Below, one piece after another: positions 58,102 to 64,000 of a stretch of 64,000 nt of DNA. Position numbers and translations under genes: made by a program. The first letter of the stretch is position 1; every line of letters starts with the position of its first letter. This DNA is from Eledone cirrhosa (taxonomy: Eukaryota). The notes below the pieces were generated by a model. That model worked only from the letters and a program-made list of their open reading frames with translations, ran no database searches and was not told the origin of the DNA. The stretch spans positions 59,954,001-60,018,000 of the forward strand of contig OZ024748.1 in assembly GCA_964016885.1 (NCBI GenBank). The letters run 5' to 3'.

Positions 58102-59255
58102 CACAGCGATATGGCTGCACCCAGTAGAATAGAAAAAGTAAAAAGTGACAAAAAAAAAAAATTTGTAAAGTATCGAACAAAATTATTCTATCATAGAGAT
58201 ATCAAGTTCGGAAGGTATCTCATATTGCAATATAATTCTATTTGTGTTGAAAGAAATATTGTGAAAACAAATCAAAGATGGTGGGCTGGAGTGGGGTGGA
58301 GTGGATTTGTTGGTGTATCATACGCTGTAGCATTGTGTCGTTTGTTAAGTTTCTCTATTTTCATCACTAGAAGTTTTTTCTCAACACGCTAACGTGTATT
58401 TGTATATGAGTGTACGTGTGTATATGTGCGTATGAATACATTTATATGTATGAGTATACAAATATAAACGCGCAAACACAGACACACACTTACAAAAATA
58501 CACACTGACAGACATACATTGACACAAACACACATACATTCACACAACCCCTCCCCCACTTACACACATACACATAGCGAAGCAAATGGAACGCCTGCTA
58601 CTATTTTTCAATAGTTTTTTCACCATCTCCTTCCTTCCTTTTACACACACATACATTCACACAAAGACACACACACATACACACAGATTGTGTGACGGAC
58701 GGAAGTCGCTTAAATTTATATATAGTCAGATAGTTTCAGGATGTTAACGACTTCACCGAATCAAAATCAAACTCATAGCAATTGATTTAGATTAATCTAC
58801 AGGGATTATATTAACAATTGATATGTTCGGACATCTGAATTGTGTCAATTCTATTCTTGTTGAACATTACTCAGTGTTTTGATAATTTTCTTTATATAAA
58901 CTTTCCATACGACTAATTTCTCAGATCGTCTGGCCACGCATATGTTGCTGTATGATATTTTAACTAACGCACTTGATTCACTAGACATTTGCTCAATAAT
59001 GATATATGTATATATATATATATATATAACCAAAGATTAGTATAGTTCGTTGATTACTCAATAAATAGAATTTTACAATAGATTAGAAGCACTCAACACG
59101 GAAGTTTTACTGGAGTTTTTAATATTATTCAAAATATTAACAAATGACAAATATTCTAATAATCAAAATATATACTTTATTATATATATTTCAATATTAC
59201 TGACAATACCGGAATTGAATAATCAAGACCGTAGCGGTATGTCATATATCAAATC

Positions 59256-59327
59256 ATATATTTTGTCTGATGAGGACGTACTGAAAAATCAATACAGTAC
59301 CTTTGAAATATATATAATAAAGTATAT
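59256..59327 (+). ncRNA. Type I hammerhead ribozyme in fold-back element 59030-59373
   Basis: atatattttgt-CTGATGA-ggacgtactg..cagtaccttt-GAAA-tatata-TA-ataaagtatat; 59124-59194 is an inverted copy of 59303-59373. Confidence 0.85.
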
Positions 59328-59368
59328 ATTTTGATTATGAGAATATTTTTCATTTGTTAATATTTTGA

Positions 59369-59482
<114 letters not shown>

Positions 59483-59606
59483 TACCTAGGGAGGGTCATA
59501 TTGTAATAATATTGCTAGAAATAATAACAGAACACACTCACTGTTTAGTTGGTTTTCGCTTCTGTATCTTTTTATATCTCCATAGTTAATTTATTTGCCA
59601 ATCAGT

Positions 59607-59659
<53 letters not shown>

Positions 59660-59662
<3 letters not shown>

Positions 59663-60618
59663 AAGAAACAAATTCTAGAAAAACTTACAGTAGAATAATT
59701 AATCATGATCATTCCAATAACTTTAATAAAAGACCTAGATACAAAAACATAATCTGGTATAATGCTCCTTTCTCCATCTCTATTAATAACAATATTCCTA
59801 AATTATTTTTTAGTGCCTTAAATAAATGCTTCCCTCCCTCACATATCTATAGTAAAATATTTAACAAACACACCATCAAATTTTCTTATTCTACATCCTC
59901 CAATATTTCCAACATTATCTCTAAACACAACAATAAAATACTAAATACTAAATCTCTTCCTTCCAACATTGAATTTCATAATAACAGTAATAGTACTCCC
60001 GACGTCATTGTAAACCCTAGACTGACTTCTGTAAACCCAAATACAACGTCAAACACAACTTCGCTAAATGTTCATAATCCAACTCTAAATCAAGAAACTA
60101 TTATTCCTATTATTCCTATCGCAAACAACTTCTCCAATCGAATTCCTTCTATAGATAACACTAGGTCACTCATTAATAATCTCTCTAATTGCAACTGCCG
60201 CATTAAAAATAAATGTCCTCTCAACAACCATTGTCTTGATAAAAACTTAATTTATGAATGTAAAGTTATAACTAGCACCAATTCCTTCACCTATTTTGGC
60301 TCCACTTCCACCTCTTTTAAAGCTCGTCTCTATAATCAACATTCATCTTTTAAATACAAACTTAAAAGAACCAACATGGCTCTCTCAGAACTCATATGGT
60401 CCTTGAAAGACAAAAACATTAAATATACCATCTTTTGGAAGAAGGTTTCTTCTGCGTCCTCATACTTGAACAGCTCTCTATCTAAAATCTGTAATCTCTG
60501 CCTAAATGAAAAATTTAACATTATCTCTAATCTAGATTCTATAATAAATAGACGTACAGATTTGTTTTCTATCTGCCTGCATAAATTCCACAGGACTTTT
60601 CACAAAGTATACAGCTAA
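59660..60618 (+). pseudogene. 3' part of a Penelope-like element ORF: RT thumb remnant plus GIY-YIG endonuclease
   Basis: KNIIWYNAPFS..KIFNKHTIKFSYS, an N/S/T-rich linker, then CNCR..CPLNNHC, LIY..YFGST..FKAR, LSELIWSLK, CNLCLNEK; 5' end truncated at (TA)n; no RT core present. Confidence 0.85.
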
Positions 60619-61810
60619 TATTCAATTCTTTATCAATTTAGAATCTTTTCTCAAAGGCACATATACATACACCTCTTTAAAATATACCCATCTTCCTACC
60701 TTACTTCAAAGGGCATTATACACTCTATAAGACTTGTTTACTCATTACCCTCATTCTATCTTCACCTTGTAAAATCCTTCATAACATATACATTTGTTTT
60801 TTTGACGTTAGAATATTCATCCGCAATTATTTTTTTTTTCTCTCCATCATCAAACTTTTTAATCTCAATACATTAACTCCCTCTCCTTCTTTTGACGCTA
60901 GAATATTCATCCTTAATTTATTATTTTTTTCTCCCCATCAACGAACTCATTCTTAATACATATTAACTCTTTCTTCGCACATATTATCAATTCCTTCAAT
61001 ATACAAACCTTAACTTCACATTATTTTTCTCAAATCATCTAATACACAAACCTTAATAATTTTTTAATACATATTAACTCTTTCTTCGCACATATTATCA
61101 ATTCCTTCAATATACAAACTTTAACTTCAACACACAAGCCTTAATAATTTTTTTCTCTTCGTTAATTTTGAAATTGCCATAATACTTATAAACATACACC
61201 TTTTTGACGTTAGAATATTCATCCGCAATTATTATTTTTTCTCTCTATCTTCAAACTTTTTAATCACAATACATATCAACTCCCTCTCTTTCCCTTCGTT
61301 AATTTTCAAATTCTTTTAATTTATACATTATCTTCCAACGGTTCTCAACCTCTCTATATAAAACAATATATCTTTTCTCAGTTATAAAAACTGTCTCTTT
61401 CTCTCTATCACCCATCTCTCTCTCTCCACCTTCACTCTCATCTCCTTCCCTTTTTTCATCCTTTCCACCCCCCTCTCTAAATAAAATATTTTTTCCTCGT
61501 ACATATTTTTCCCTTCGTTAATTTTCAAATTCTTTTAATTTATACATTATCTTCCAACGGTTTTCAACCTCTCTATGTAAAACAATATATCTTCTCTCAG
61601 TTATAAAAACTATCTCTTTCTCTCTATCACCCATCTCTCCCTCTCCACCTTCACTCTCATCTCCTCCCCTTTTTTCATCCTTTCCACCCCCCCTCTCTAA
61701 ATAAAATATTTTTCCCAATATCACACATCAATCTAAAACTACTTTTCATATGTTGATTTAAAACTGCACTATCCACAAGTGTTTTTTAGCCTTCATATCA
61801 TGTTCTCCTG

Positions 61811-61877
61811 TTTTATCTGATGAAAACACAAATATTATTGCATGATGATGTTTGTTTTTGAAATGCGCATAATAAAA
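61811..61877 (+). ncRNA. Type I hammerhead ribozyme of the PLE pLTR
   Basis: ttttat-CTGATGA-aaacacaaatattatt..gatgatgtttgttttt-GAAA-tgcgca-TA-ataaaa. Confidence 0.85.
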
Positions 61878-61907
61878 TACATGGAACTCCTTGAACCATC
61901 TTTTGAT

Positions 61908-61950
<43 letters not shown>

Positions 61951-61952
61951 TT

Positions 61953-62160
61953 AAGGATCGATCGACTTTCACCGAATCGGACCGAGGAAACAATGTTTCC
62001 GTTGGTCTTTCCAATAGCTAATACTATCTATCGGTCGCAACTCCAGGTAGAAGGAGCAACGTGAAATAAAGTGTCTTGCCCAAGGACATAACGCATTGCC
62101 CGGTCCAGGAGTAGAACTCACAACCTCAAGATTATGAATTCTCTTAACACTCAGCCACGT
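61953..62160 (-). mobile_element. SINE family B copy
   Basis: Reverse complement of 43868-44082. Confidence 0.8.
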
Positions 62161-62166
62161 ATAAAC

Positions 62167-62457
62167 ATGTATATACATAATCTTAGCTTGGTTTGCGTTC
62201 TCCGAAGCTCTTCAGATCACAGGCAAAAGTTAATTCAATATTTGCATGGAGGGATTTATAAGTCTGTGGCCAATTAACGATTCTACTTACTCGAATTCAA
62301 TGAGACATAATCTCTATGGAGAGGAGACTCTTATCTTTGGCCTGACAACTATGGAAACTTTTATAAATTCCCTCCGTATAAACCTTAAATTAATTTTCGC
62401 TTGAAAGATCTGAAGACCTTCGTAGAACACAAATCCTTTAAGATTATGTATATACAC
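62167..62457. repeat. Diverged ~95-bp-arm inverted repeat (fold-back/MITE-like)
   Basis: tgtatatacataatctta..tcttcagatc..ggagggatttataa pairs with ttataaattccctcc..gatctgaaga..taagattatgtatataca. Confidence 0.6.
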
Positions 62458-62479
62458 ATTTTTTCATATATATATATAT

Positions 62480-62545
<66 letters not shown>

Positions 62546-62662
62546 CGAAACACAAAACACTAAGTTACCTTTAGTTTGTGATCTGAAGATTTTATAGGAG
62601 CCCAAATCCATATTAAGAGATTTCTTATTTTAAATTTCTTATGTATATATATATATATAATA

Positions 62663-62940
62663 ATAATTGTTTCTACTTTTGGCACAAGGCCAGCAATTAC
62701 TCAGTACATTACTGGTACTTTATTTTATCGACCCCGTAAGGATGAAAGGCAAAGTTAAACTCAGAATGGCAAGGGCCGTAACTCAAACATGGCGTCCGAC
62801 TATCTACCGATACTGCCAATCCATCGCCCTAATAATAATTGTTTCTACTTTAGGCACAAGGTCAGCAATTATCCAGTGCATTACTGGTACTTTATTTTAT
62901 CGACCCCGTAAGGATGAAAGGCAAAATCAACCATCGCCCT
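62663..62940 (-). mobile_element. Two tandem SINE family A copies with internal deletions
   Basis: Core repeated at about 62700-62755 and 62870-62925. Confidence 0.8.
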
Positions 62941-63105
62941 AATAATAATAATCTTTATATATATATATAATAATAATAATCTTGATATATATATATATAA
63001 AGATTAAAACGAGGTTTTACAGGTATGTGGGTCAGGATTCCTGTAAATGCTATAGACCAGCCTCCAACCCGAACTGCTCATTAGACGTGTTAACGAAAGA
63101 AAACC

Positions 63106-63141
<36 letters not shown>

Positions 63142-64000
63142 TACCTCTATCTATCTCTCTCTTTCTTTCTTTCTCTATTTCTCTCTCACCCTTTCTCGCT
63201 CTTTCACACACACATACACACGCATATGAACTTATGTTAAATCTGTATTTGAAATCTCTCCAGCACTCCGGATATTTTTACCGTTTATTTGTAAATTCCA
63301 ACAGCAATACAGTGACAGCTTGATGAGTTCCTATAATGGATCTTTCATACCATTCCATTGTTAATTGGCAGCATTAATGACAGGCCTAAGTGGAATCTGG
63401 TGCTGTTTGTAAACTGGCGTGTTGTGTGGTGTTGTGTGGTGCCATGTAGCGTGATGCCGAGTGATACTATGACATTAAACATAGCTACATAATCTGATAT
63501 GGAATTTGTAACCAAAGCTGGATTTGTTTCTCTTTTCTTATTTGCTTTCATTGCTTGCAGGTTTCAAGTTCACGTTAGTGCTATGAACTAGTATGAGATG
63601 AAGATAAAGAAATATAGTAGGAGCTTTAGATGAAAGAGAAGAAAGTGAAACAATATAGAATATAATAGAAGACGTAGGGAAACAAGTGATTTTAGTTGGC
63701 AGATCTTGAAACGAAGTCAATCGGTGTGAATTTAGTGATGGAAATATACATAGAATGAAGAAACGAAAATAATTATAGATTATTAAGAATCTCTTCTTAT
63801 TATATGAAGCTTTAAACTAATATATATCCCAATTGTACTCTATAGTACTCTCTTATTCTTCCTTGCTAACTTTTTGCACACACACACGTACATATTTAGG
63901 TATACCAGGTATGTAATGTATATAAGTGTAATCTTGTTTTGGTTCAATATTATTGTAAATTCTTCAATGATGACGAGTTGACAGAAATACGTAGAGTAAA

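Larger units (their letters stand above)
59660..61910 (+). mobile_element. 5'-truncated Penelope-like element with long, internally duplicated 3'UTR and hammerhead pLTR
   Basis: ORF, then tandem duplications (for example ~61290-61490 and ~61510-61715), then a pLTR matching 7775-7940; (TA)n on both sides. Confidence 0.8.

Overview
AT-rich, microsatellite-saturated eukaryotic (animal) DNA. The repeat make-up suggests a cephalopod such as Octopus, which is an inference and was not checked. Almost all ORF-track entries are artefacts of (TA)n, (CA)n, (ATT)n, (TAG)n or (GAA)n tracts. Real coding remnants belong to transposons: two R4/Dong-type RLE LINEs, Tx1/L1-type 3' fragments, an RTE 3' end, a CRE-type RLE 3' end, two internally deleted mariners and a Penelope-like (PLE) GIY-YIG 3' fragment. 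There are also three tRNA-derived SINE families, a MITE and several mini/satellites. One 85-codon non-repeat ORF (4420-4677, minus strand) may be a host gene. The main hidden signal is a dense set of short elements from several unrelated families inserted in (TA)n tracts. Together they carry about 10 well-formed and many damaged type I hammerhead ribozymes, share an ACTC..GAGT 3' hairpin about 45-65 nt before the TA tract, and are often fold-back (inverted) duplicated. They include a 541-bp tandem retrozyme-like unit and a family whose core has a compensatory U3-A8 change. All folds were read by eye and none was computed or assayed.
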